A stretch of DNA of 64,000 nt from Candidatus Heimdallarchaeum aukensis. Lineage in GTDB: Archaea; Asgardarchaeota; Heimdallarchaeia; Heimdallarchaeales; Heimdallarchaeaceae. The translations under genes and the position numbers were made by a program. The stretch spans positions 992,001-1,056,000 of the forward strand of contig CP084166.1 of assembly GCA_021513695.1 (NCBI GenBank), written 5' to 3'. How positions within the stretch are numbered: the stretch's first letter is position 1; each line of letters opens with the position of its first letter. Positions 20,510-29,462 of this stretch are shown in pieces. The notes under the pieces are model-generated. The model did no database searches. It was not told the DNA's origin and saw only the letters and a program-made list of their open reading frames with translations.

Positions 20510-20834
20510 CAAAATAGTTTTTCTTAACTGTTGGAGAACCAAAAATTAACTTTATAGTTTTACCAGAAAAAAGAATAGAAGCTCCTTCTTCAATAGCTGC
20601 AGGGTCAGATAAGAAAGATTCAGAGAGTAGATCAGCTATTTTATTGTATTCTTTTTCTTCCAGCGTATATTGTTCTATTAGATAATCCTCATTATTCATC
20701 TGTTTCAAAAACTTGAAGTTGTTTTTATTTTTTTCTCGATTTAAGAAAAAAGAGAAGTCAAAGATTTTTACAATTGAACAGTAATAGTCTAAGTTCGACA
20801 ATAATAGTCTATATCCGATAGTAATAATAAACAC
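20346..20834 (-). CDS. Hypothetical protein, possibly only the N-terminal ~100 aa are real
   Basis: MNNEDYLIEQYTLEEKEYNKIADLL... looks protein-like. The C-terminal third overlaps the GNAT-motif fragment on the opposite strand and looks less protein-like. Confidence 0.25.
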   Translation of the reverse strand: MFIITIGYRLLLSNLDYYCSIVKIFDFSFFLNREKNKNNFKFLKQMNNEDYLIEQYTLEEKEYNKIADLLSESFLSDPAAIEEGASILFSGKTIKLIFGSPTVKKNYFVRAVYKKTNDVVLVQIKQDLHQMIPVEQSQASFCPSFLLNLFFYVGDVQLTKQE

Positions 20835-20854
20835 TTTATTAATACAACGATAAA

Positions 20855-21361
20855 TTGAAAAGTTTTATATTTGTGTGTTATTTTATTAAAGTGGCAAAGA
20901 AAAATAAAGGAAGAAGAAAAGTGATTGAGTCAGTCTATATTATTTCCCGAACAGGATTACCTTTACTTTATGTAGATTTTGTTTCACAAGAAGATGATGT
21001 AGATGCCGTAACTTTATTTTCTGGAATAATTTCAGCGATACAAGTAGCAATGGCTGAAATTGATGTAGGTGTTCCGTCATTCTTTGATACAGAAAAAAAT
21101 GAAATCTTCATGAATGTAACAGAAAAATTTGCTATTGCTGTAGTAAAAAACCAAGAACCAATAGATAGAAATGAAATGAATAAACTAATGGATCAAATTC
21201 AAACCCTAGTATCATTTGATCAAGAAGTGGAAGATTTTAGTACCATTAGTGATGAAACAAAAAATAAAATTTCCAAAAAAATAAGGGAAATAGTTAATAA
21301 CTGGGAAGACTATATTAGCGAGAGAGAAGCAACAAAAAGAATAACGGAATCATTATGGTAA
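20855..21361 (+). CDS. Roadblock/LC7 (MglB-like) domain protein
   Basis: VIESVYIISRTGLPLLYVDFVSQEDDVDAVTLFSGIISAIQVAMAEIDVGVPSFFDTEKNEIFMNVTEKFAIAVV follows the Roadblock beta-alpha-beta-beta-alpha pattern. The true start is probably an internal GTG; the track starts on an alternative codon. Confidence 0.6.
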   Translation: MKSFIFVCYFIKVAKKNKGRRKVIESVYIISRTGLPLLYVDFVSQEDDVDAVTLFSGIISAIQVAMAEIDVGVPSFFDTEKNEIFMNVTEKFAIAVVKNQEPIDRNEMNKLMDQIQTLVSFDQEVEDFSTISDETKNKISKKIREIVNNWEDYISEREATKRITESLW

Positions 21362-21378
21362 AAAGGTGAAAAATACAA

Positions 21379-22122
21379 ATGGTTGTCTGGCAAAATAAAA
21401 TTCCAATAAGTTCTATAATCTTTGAACTAGTGGTTGTTATTGCGCTAACTTTTATGGTAATAACAATTTTTGCAAGGTATTTTGCAAAAAGAAAAAAACC
21501 TGTGTTATATCTGGCTTTAGCATACCTGTTTTACGATCTTGCAACTTTAACAAGCTGTATCGGTCGGTGGTTAGGTTATTTCTCTTCAATTCCCTATACC
21601 GAGTTCTCATATACTGACTTTACAACCTTATTTGCATATGTGCTAATGGCTATAGCGAACGTATTTATTGCTGCATTTATTGACACAATATTTATTCAAA
21701 AAGGAGTAGATTTTGTCGCATTCTTTGCTATATTGAGCGGAATAATAATAGGTATGATAGTCCCTATACTGAATTTTGAATGGGGAAACATGAGATCACA
21801 TGTCTTAATAGTATCTTACCATTTAATACTTTCAATATTAATATTTCTAATACTAGCAATTGTGTCTTTAAGAGAAGCTAAAATGAATAAAAAGAAAATA
21901 GCAAAAATAGGTTTCGCTCTAATTGGAACCTATGCTATATTCATGATTCTATTATTTGTTTCATTTACATCAGATTCACTGCTTATAACTTATGTAGACG
22001 CATTTTCAAAGGGATACTCTCCTGCATATTACTTTGGATGGACACTTTTAGTTATAGGATCAATAATAGGTTATCTTGGACTAATTATGCCTAAATGGTT
22101 CGTAAAGATGCTTAAGTTATAA
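21379..22122 (+). CDS. Polytopic membrane protein (about 7 TM)
   Basis: Hydrophobic helices throughout. Starts 18 nt after the Roadblock gene. Confidence 0.5.
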   Translation: MVVWQNKIPISSIIFELVVVIALTFMVITIFARYFAKRKKPVLYLALAYLFYDLATLTSCIGRWLGYFSSIPYTEFSYTDFTTLFAYVLMAIANVFIAAFIDTIFIQKGVDFVAFFAILSGIIIGMIVPILNFEWGNMRSHVLIVSYHLILSILIFLILAIVSLREAKMNKKKIAKIGFALIGTYAIFMILLFVSFTSDSLLITYVDAFSKGYSPAYYFGWTLLVIGSIIGYLGLIMPKWFVKMLKL

Positions 22123-22207
22123 TTAAATTAAATAAAATATAAAATCACTTTTTTCTTTTTTTTTAATATTACTTCATTATTCATGAGTTGAAATTTTACT
22201 TAATTTC

Positions 22208-22412
22208 TTCAGGACTCTACCCAACCAGTCAACAAACATATCGAAAGTTGTGAGGACTGGGTTAAGAGAACATGAAAGACACAGTCTTAATTAAGTTCTC
22301 TAGGGGGTTCATCTCCTGATTCCGGGCACTCATCACTCCCACAGGGAAGACCGGGTGTCGTAGGAATGAAACCTACGTCTTTAAGCATCTAGCTCAAGAC
22401 ACTATATAAATG
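22208..22412. ncRNA. Candidate structured non-coding RNA (GC-rich island with several hairpins); class not assigned
   Basis: About 200 nt are near 50% GC inside a 470-bp intergenic gap in a ~30% GC genome. Hairpins include cgtagg-aatgaaa-cctacg, agagaac...gttctct and cagtc...gactg, plus the palindrome cttaattaag. Confidence 0.25.
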
Positions 22413-22593
22413 ATAATTGATTATATAAAGACAGCTGAAAAGTCTTGACACTCCCCCATATCGTGTAATCTTTCTAATAACTCCACAAACTAAAAATTTA
22501 GTTCTTTACGTAAAAAAGTATTTCATCTATATTTGTGTTAAGCAAAAATGGTTGATGAAACATATTCTTTATAAAAGTTAATGTGAAAGATAA

Positions 22594-23313
22594 ATGCGTA
22601 ATGTGGGTTTTATGAACAAATCATCCGTGAAAAGAAATTTAATGATTGTAAGAGAACAGGATGTTGTTGTTACTGGCGGTGTGGTTTTTATTGGAGATGG
22701 ACATACTGGCAAAACGCATACAGCTCTTAATCTTGTAAGAAATAAGGATAGATATAAGAAAACAGACTTGATCTCGAAGTCAATAAATGTAGAATTTGAC
22801 TATTTTGTTTATCAATCTAATTACCAACAGTATAAATTTACAATAAGTGCACAATTGTTTATATTTCCCGGGCAAAAAGGACGAGCGAAAAAAGGAGAAG
22901 GGTTAGCATTTGAGGATGCTCTAGACCTGTATTTTGATGTTAGAACGGTGAAAGAGGTTATTGTTCTAATACTAACTTTCAATCTTACAGATATAGCTAC
23001 ATTTCAAAACTTAGAATATTGGGTTAAAACAGCTATAGAGAATAATTTAGTCTCAGAAGCAACTAACATAATTTTGTTAGGTACTCACTACGATAAGAAA
23101 TCAAACATTGCTGTGAATGAAACAGATATTATACATGGAAAAAAATTTGTTCAAGAACAAATTGCTAATGAATTGAATATTGATTTTCCTCTGAAACAGA
23201 TCACTGAAGTGAATATATCAAATTTGACAGAAGAAGGTATCGAAAATTTAATTGGAGCGATTATAGACGCTTTTTTCAACGTTTTTAATATAGATGAGTT
23301 TAATTTAATTTAG
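22594..23313 (+). CDS. Ras-superfamily small GTPase (divergent)
   Basis: P-loop VVFIGDGHTGKTH, a switch-II-like FPGQKG and an NKxD-like LLGTHYDKK. The true start may be the internal MNKSS. Confidence 0.6.
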   Translation: MRNVGFMNKSSVKRNLMIVREQDVVVTGGVVFIGDGHTGKTHTALNLVRNKDRYKKTDLISKSINVEFDYFVYQSNYQQYKFTISAQLFIFPGQKGRAKKGEGLAFEDALDLYFDVRTVKEVIVLILTFNLTDIATFQNLEYWVKTAIENNLVSEATNIILLGTHYDKKSNIAVNETDIIHGKKFVQEQIANELNIDFPLKQITEVNISNLTEEGIENLIGAIIDAFFNVFNIDEFNLI

Positions 23314-23334
23314 AAATAAAAAAGGTAAAAAGAA

Positions 23335-26300
23335 ATGAAGTTTCAAAAGCATATAATAATCACAATAAATTTTTTATTAATTTTACAGTCATTGTTATAT
23401 ATTCAAAATATTAGCAATTCACAAAAAGATAGACAGAATATTACTCAGATTATCCCAGGAAACATTGAAAACAATCAACAAGAGAGTATTTATCATTCAG
23501 ATGTTTCCTCAACAAATGTACATACAACTCTTACTCAAGGAACAAACAAAACTTTTGGTTTCTTTACGCAAGATAGCTATGTAAATTTAGATTCTGATGG
23601 AAATGTGTTTCAATGGGAAAAGTATGATGTTGTAAAAGATACAGGTGATAATAGTGTTTATGCTGATTTTGCAATGGATTACTCTTATTCTTATACTTGG
23701 CCAAGTTCTCCTAATAGCTATGTTCCATTAATTGATATTGAAACAGGAACACAACTAGCTTCAACCTTTAGTCCTCCTTTTTCAGAGACTACTTATCTAT
23801 CAGGAAAAGTTTACTTCTTAACATATATTTCCACTTATGTATCAAGTTTTACCATTACTTTAACTCTCAGAATTCGATTGTGGTTATATAATCCTAATGA
23901 TGGAGGACTTACAGAAATTTTAACTATCGAATCTGTTCTTCCCGATAATTCTGATTTAACACAACGTGTTTATTCTTCAACTTTAGAAGATAAAGTTACC
24001 ATCCCCTCAGGTTATAGATTAAAAGTAACTTATGAAGCAAAAACGAGCAGAATAGATAGAGCTGCTTATGTTCATCTTGAAACTGGAGAATATTCAGATG
24101 GTGACCAAGTTAACTGGCAGATAAATGACGCAGAGTATTCTAACACTTATACTTTAAATGACGTTACTTCAGCTCTAGGTGTACAGTTGTATATGTATGA
24201 TGAAACATATCCTACTATTTCAATTTCTGGAGCAGAAAACAATACGATTTATTACGATACTAATGAAATAACAATCAGTACATCTGGAGCAGTAAGTAAT
24301 TCCTACAAATGGGACAGTAATTCATATACTGCTTTTGATCCTCCTGTGAATACAACTCTCCCTTCATCAACAGGTTGGCATTATTTGTATATTCAAGCAC
24401 TAGATGAATATGATAACAAAAATGAAGTAGTATACAAAATAGGCTATGAAAGTTCTAGCATAGTTTTACATAATGCAAACAATAATTCTTTAGTTCCAAA
24501 TAATTTTCTTCTTAACTTTAGTTTGTCTGGATACGATTCAGCGCAATATGCTTGGGATAGTGGAGGAAATTATACTTTTTCTGATCCTTATGACATTTCA
24601 GTACCAGATTTCTCAGGAGAGCACACACTCTATATTTATACAGTAAGCAGCTTTGGAGAAAATAAAACTGTTTATGTTTTTGAAGTTGATAACAGCCCGC
24701 CCTTAATCTCCTTAAGAGACTTAAGCAACGATACTACACAACCTACAAACAAGAAAATTGAACTGAATATTACAGATCAAACTTCAACTATTGAAGTTCT
24801 ATATAATTGGGATAATGTTGCTAATTCAACCTGGAGCCCATTAGAAGGAACAATCTACCAAACTTTTGCTCCAGATACTGATGGTTTTCATTGGCTCAAT
24901 GTATATGCAAACGATAGTTTTGGTCATATTATTGATGTACATTACAGATTTAATATTAGTTCAGACTATTTGCTGGTAGAATTAAGAACAATGATAAATG
25001 ACAGTTATTATTACGGAGGAAACACAGTTGAGGTTACGATTACAGGTACAAATGGGACAATAAAGTATCAGTGGGACTCAAATGGATTCAAAGATGGGGT
25101 AACAGTTGATTCAATCTTGTCTTTATCAGGTTCAGAATCATTACCGAAAGACCTTGGAGTGCATTATCTTACAATAATAGTTGGAGATGTAGATGACAAT
25201 CCCAAATCAACTTTGTTTAAATTTACAATTGACCAAGAAAATCCTGTAGTTTCTAATTTTGGAAATTACAATAATTCAAGATTACACAGTTCCACAATAA
25301 TTGATCTTGAAATAACAGATAATTTTACTTTAAGTAGTGAAATAGAAGCATGGGTATCAATAGATGGAGGAGGAAATATATCTTTTACGTATCCCTATGA
25401 TATTAAAATATCTTCTTTAGAAGATGGAGTTCATAATATTACTGTTTTTGCCTTTGATATTGCGCGAAATAATGTTTCTTGCTTAATAATTTTTGAAATT
25501 GATACGACAGCTCCAGAAATAGATATTGTTTCCATTCAAGGGTTAGAAGTTTCTTCTAGCGGTGTTTCATATATTCCCGGAAATGCAGCAATTGAATGCT
25601 CTTTTGTTGATGCAGACCCCGAAATTTATCACTTTTATTCATGGAATAACTCAGCTTTTACACTATTTGCTGGAAATACTTTTAATTTACCTGATACTGA
25701 TGGAAACGCAACCCTACGCATTTTAGCTAATGATACATTAGGAAATGAGAAAATTTTAACATTAGATCTTTTTATAGACACTACTCCTCCTCAATTGTCT
25801 ATACTGTTTCCTAATAACTACTCTAAAATCAATGAAGCGACACCTTTATTGTTTTTTGCTAATGATAGTGCAAGTGACACCATTTCTTCAATTTCTGCAA
25901 AATGGGACCAATTTCTAGAAGGAAAAATAGACCTTTCTCCACCTTATTTTACAATTTATTTATCAAGTCTTAAAAAACTCTATGAAGAGTTATCAGTTGC
26001 AGAGTTATATATTGATGCAAAAGATATTCTAGGAAATAATTTTACGTATATTTATTCATTTAATCTTGATTTTTCTCCGCCTTCCTACAATTTAGTAGGT
26101 GCCCAAAATAATACTTTTGTAAGAAGTGATACAATCCTTCAATTTGAAAATTTAAGTAATGACTTAATGAAGTTCGTTTATTATTGGGATTCTAATGATA
26201 TATCTATCTTAGATGATCCGTGGACTATATCAATACCAAATAATGATGGGGTACATAATCTTACAGTAATTCTTTACGATAACACAGGTGAGGGATATTA

Positions 26301-27942
26301 CCCAAATTGGGTTAAATCATTTTACACTTTTGTTGTTGATGATATTGGGATTGAAATTACTAGTCCGTCAAGTTTTTCCAATAATACAGAAGTTGGAATT
26401 GTATATAAACAATCATTTACCTTTTCTGTTGATGTCTACGATACAGCAGACAATCAAATTATAGATAATCTTAATTTTGTAATTTTAAACAATACACTGA
26501 ATCTAGAAATAGAGAATGAAACCTTAGATGGAAAAACATATACGATAACCATTCATGGTACAAATGTTGGATCAACAAGATTAATTTTTCAGTTTTCTAA
26601 GGGAAATTCGAATAAACATCAAATTGTTGTTCCTCTTACGATTGAAAAGAAAGAAGGAACAGTTTCATTGTTAGGGACAAGCGTCTTAAGCGTGATATAT
26701 GAAGAAAATTTCACTATAATACTGAATTTAGAGGATGAAAACTCTAATCTTTTAAATATTACCCGGGTGACTGTTAATGGTAGTTTAGTGAGCGATTTTA
26801 TCTATTTAGATGAATATCATGCTATACAATTTAATTATTCTTCAAGAGAAACAATAGGAAAAGGAGAATATAATCTGTTAGTTAATATTGAATCTAATTA
26901 TTACTATGGAGAAAAAATAATTGGCATTGAGGTTAAACCTATCCCTATTATTCTAAGTTTATCAGTCTCAAGTTATACTGTAATTGAAGGTTCTCAAGTT
27001 GCAATTACAGGAACTCTTACTTTTACAAATGGGACTCCGATACCTTCTATAACTCTATACTTTTCTATATATATAGTCTATAAGAATCAGTCCAATAATA
27101 ATGTCATGGCTCTGCCTTCAGAATACGGAAGTAAGGTTGTTTTCTCAGGATTAACTAATTCCTCTGGACAAGTAACGATTGCTTTTGAAATGACTTCAGA
27201 GATAGATTATATTTCAGTTGATTGTTCTTTTGGAGGGAGTAATATCTTTGACACAGTTTACTATGAAATGGAGGAATATATTTATTCTATACCTACTCCA
27301 AAACTTCCAACTTGGATATTATACACAATAATTGGTGGAAGTATTATATTGGCAGCAATAATCTCCTTTGTTGTTTATAAGCTTACTAGACCTAAACCAT
27401 TTGATGAGATATTAAATTCAATTTCTGATAATGATATCGTGATGAACATGACCCGTATCTGCCCTGGTGTTGTTCTATCAATCTTTGATCAACGCAAAGG
27501 TGCAATTCCATTAGTGTCTGATCATTCATTGGATTATAGTTACAGTGGAAGAATTAGGATAGGGCTTGAAAACTTTATGTTGAAAATTTCAGATCAAGCT
27601 TACTCTTCATTGGGCTTTGAAGAGCACCATTCTGGGCGTAGAACAGGAACAATTACTCTACCAAATGAAGGACTTGTAGGTTTTATTCATGGGATACAAT
27701 TGGAAAATAAAGCTGCGAGAGGAGGTTTTGAAAACCTTTCACTTATTGTGCTTGTAGAAAATGAGTACGGGACAATGTTACTTAGTTATCAAGAATACCT
27801 GTATCCCTTAATTGATGAGTTAATTTCCATGCTAAAAAATAAGAAACCGTTGGAGGATATTGAAGAACAATTATCGAATATACGTAGTCAAGCAACAAAA
27901 ACAGTTTTAGCTTCATTAGAATATGAAAATGCAATGTCTTAA
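23335..27942 (+). CDS. Giant receptor-like surface protein: signal peptide, repetitive Ig-like/beta-sandwich ectodomain, single TM, and a ~200-aa cytoplasmic tail
   Basis: Signal peptide MKFQKHIIITINFLLILQSLLYIQNISNS. It has many ~90-aa repeats that each contain a W-D-S-N / Y-x-W-D-S motif. The TM helix is LPTWILYTIIGGSIILAAIISFVVYKLTR, around residue 1320. The C-terminal soluble domain has Roadblock-like secondary-structure periodicity. Confidence 0.6.
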   Translation: MKFQKHIIITINFLLILQSLLYIQNISNSQKDRQNITQIIPGNIENNQQESIYHSDVSSTNVHTTLTQGTNKTFGFFTQDSYVNLDSDGNVFQWEKYDVVKDTGDNSVYADFAMDYSYSYTWPSSPNSYVPLIDIETGTQLASTFSPPFSETTYLSGKVYFLTYISTYVSSFTITLTLRIRLWLYNPNDGGLTEILTIESVLPDNSDLTQRVYSSTLEDKVTIPSGYRLKVTYEAKTSRIDRAAYVHLETGEYSDGDQVNWQINDAEYSNTYTLNDVTSALGVQLYMYDETYPTISISGAENNTIYYDTNEITISTSGAVSNSYKWDSNSYTAFDPPVNTTLPSSTGWHYLYIQALDEYDNKNEVVYKIGYESSSIVLHNANNNSLVPNNFLLNFSLSGYDSAQYAWDSGGNYTFSDPYDISVPDFSGEHTLYIYTVSSFGENKTVYVFEVDNSPPLISLRDLSNDTTQPTNKKIELNITDQTSTIEVLYNWDNVANSTWSPLEGTIYQTFAPDTDGFHWLNVYANDSFGHIIDVHYRFNISSDYLLVELRTMINDSYYYGGNTVEVTITGTNGTIKYQWDSNGFKDGVTVDSILSLSGSESLPKDLGVHYLTIIVGDVDDNPKSTLFKFTIDQENPVVSNFGNYNNSRLHSSTIIDLEITDNFTLSSEIEAWVSIDGGGNISFTYPYDIKISSLEDGVHNITVFAFDIARNNVSCLIIFEIDTTAPEIDIVSIQGLEVSSSGVSYIPGNAAIECSFVDADPEIYHFYSWNNSAFTLFAGNTFNLPDTDGNATLRILANDTLGNEKILTLDLFIDTTPPQLSILFPNNYSKINEATPLLFFANDSASDTISSISAKWDQFLEGKIDLSPPYFTIYLSSLKKLYEELSVAELYIDAKDILGNNFTYIYSFNLDFSPPSYNLVGAQNNTFVRSDTILQFENLSNDLMKFVYYWDSNDISILDDPWTISIPNNDGVHNLTVILYDNTGEGYYPNWVKSFYTFVVDDIGIEITSPSSFSNNTEVGIVYKQSFTFSVDVYDTADNQIIDNLNFVILNNTLNLEIENETLDGKTYTITIHGTNVGSTRLIFQFSKGNSNKHQIVVPLTIEKKEGTVSLLGTSVLSVIYEENFTIILNLEDENSNLLNITRVTVNGSLVSDFIYLDEYHAIQFNYSSRETIGKGEYNLLVNIESNYYYGEKIIGIEVKPIPIILSLSVSSYTVIEGSQVAITGTLTFTNGTPIPSITLYFSIYIVYKNQSNNNVMALPSEYGSKVVFSGLTNSSGQVTIAFEMTSEIDYISVDCSFGGSNIFDTVYYEMEEYIYSIPTPKLPTWILYTIIGGSIILAAIISFVVYKLTRPKPFDEILNSISDNDIVMNMTRICPGVVLSIFDQRKGAIPLVSDHSLDYSYSGRIRIGLENFMLKISDQAYSSLGFEEHHSGRRTGTITLPNEGLVGFIHGIQLENKAARGGFENLSLIVLVENEYGTMLLSYQEYLYPLIDELISMLKNKKPLEDIEEQLSNIRSQATKTVLASLEYENAMS

Positions 27943-28049
27943 CAAATTTTTTATAGAAAAATAAAACTAATGCTTTTTTTATTTTTTATTTGCACCTAGG
28001 AAAATGTTATTTATTGTTAACGAACTATTGGTATAATAGGAGAAGCAAT

Positions 28050-29462
28050 ATGTCTTATCTTTTAGATGAGTTAAAGAGGAAAAAACAAGCTGAAACCGAC
28101 GAAACCATTGATAAAATACTTCTAATGGGACTTCAAGAAGCTGGAAAAACAGCTATTAAAGATGTTGTTTTTTTTGATAAAGATCCTGAAGAAGTTGTAG
28201 AATATATGGCAACAACTCATTATCAAAGACAAATCATTGGAGACAAAAAAAAGAATTTACTTATCGATTCAGGAGGACAAGAAACTTACTGGAACGAAGC
28301 AGTAACATATTTTCGCTACTTGATTTTTTCTAATGCTAAAATCCTTATTTGGGTGGTAGATTTAACTCATCCTGAACTTTTTGATGAATCAGAAAGAAGA
28401 TTTAGCTTCACAATTAGACAATTTAAGAAAGAGAACAAAGATGGAAAGGTCTATGTTTTTTGTCATAAAGCTGATGTTGTTGAACCAGAAAAACTAGATG
28501 CAGTAGTTGAGCATGTAAAAGAACTGTTATCTGATCCCAAATTTGAGATTGAATTTAAAATTACATCAATATTCAAAAAAAATGAGTTAAAGCAAATAAT
28601 GAATAAAATTCTCGAAGAATCTTCAATTGATCAAGAACAAATAGAACTTGTCACTGATGTTGAAAAGAAAATTGAAGAAAGCCCTGAATTTGTTAAATTT
28701 CTAGAAGAACATAAAGCAGATCCACGAGTTAAAGAACTCATGGAATATATTAAACCTCAACCAAAACAATATTTACCTTCATTTGGGAAAGTAGAAGTAG
28801 ATGTGAACCTTGAAAATTATGGTATTATTGAAATCATTATACTTGATAAAGAAACATTGAAGCCAGCAATAGGAGCTTCATCACATATCATCTCTAATAA
28901 AAAACAATCATTTGAATATATTCTGGCTCTTAATTATTTTAAAAACTTAATAAAATCAAAAGAACAGAAAATTGAAGCTCTTGGAAGTACCTTTAGTTAT
29001 CCTGAAGGTGAAGTTCATGCATTGATTTTTAATTTGAAGAATAGTTACATTATAATTACCTCATTTAATGAAATAGATGAAAACATAAAAAAGGAATTAT
29101 ACAAATTTATTCTCAAATTTTCAGATGAAATGGTAAAAGAAAAATCACTCGTTAAAGAAGAAAGCATTTCTAAACCCCCTAGTATAGCAACTGAACAAAG
29201 CGTTGAAATAGAACAATCAATAGCCCAAGAAGTGAAAAAAGATGAAAAGAAGGTTTTTGCAGAAGAAGTTTCTTCAACGCAAAAAGAAACTTTAGTCAAA
29301 GAAGATGAAGAACAAAAACAAATGATAAAACAAGTCTCCTCTGAAAAAGCTAAATTAGAAGAAAAGAAAAATGGAGTAGGTTTAGATATTACAGAGAGAG
29401 ACATAACTAAAATAGCTAAATTTCTATATGATCAGCTGGATAAAGAAAAAAAAGAAGAGTGA
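28050..29462 (+). CDS. Rag/Gtr-like GTPase with a C-terminal roadblock-type domain and an acidic/K-rich tail
   Basis: G1 LLMGLQEAGKTA, G3 LLIDSGGQE and G4 FCHKAD (hKxD) follow the RagA/Gtr1 pattern. The ATG at 28050 lies after aggagaagcaat. The track ORF starts at 27990 on an alternative codon. Confidence 0.7.
   Translation: MSYLLDELKRKKQAETDETIDKILLMGLQEAGKTAIKDVVFFDKDPEEVVEYMATTHYQRQIIGDKKKNLLIDSGGQETYWNEAVTYFRYLIFSNAKILIWVVDLTHPELFDESERRFSFTIRQFKKENKDGKVYVFCHKADVVEPEKLDAVVEHVKELLSDPKFEIEFKITSIFKKNELKQIMNKILEESSIDQEQIELVTDVEKKIEESPEFVKFLEEHKADPRVKELMEYIKPQPKQYLPSFGKVEVDVNLENYGIIEIIILDKETLKPAIGASSHIISNKKQSFEYILALNYFKNLIKSKEQKIEALGSTFSYPEGEVHALIFNLKNSYIIITSFNEIDENIKKELYKFILKFSDEMVKEKSLVKEESISKPPSIATEQSVEIEQSIAQEVKKDEKKVFAEEVSSTQKETLVKEDEEQKQMIKQVSSEKAKLEEKKNGVGLDITERDITKIAKFLYDQLDKEKKEE

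Noticed and set aside
22300-22330. Possible tRNA T-arm (GGGGGTTCATCTCC) and D-arm-like TAGCTCA in the GC island
   Set aside because: The loop TTCATCT lacks the conserved A58. No acceptor/anticodon stems can be assembled around it on either strand. It is kept only as part of a generic ncRNA candidate.
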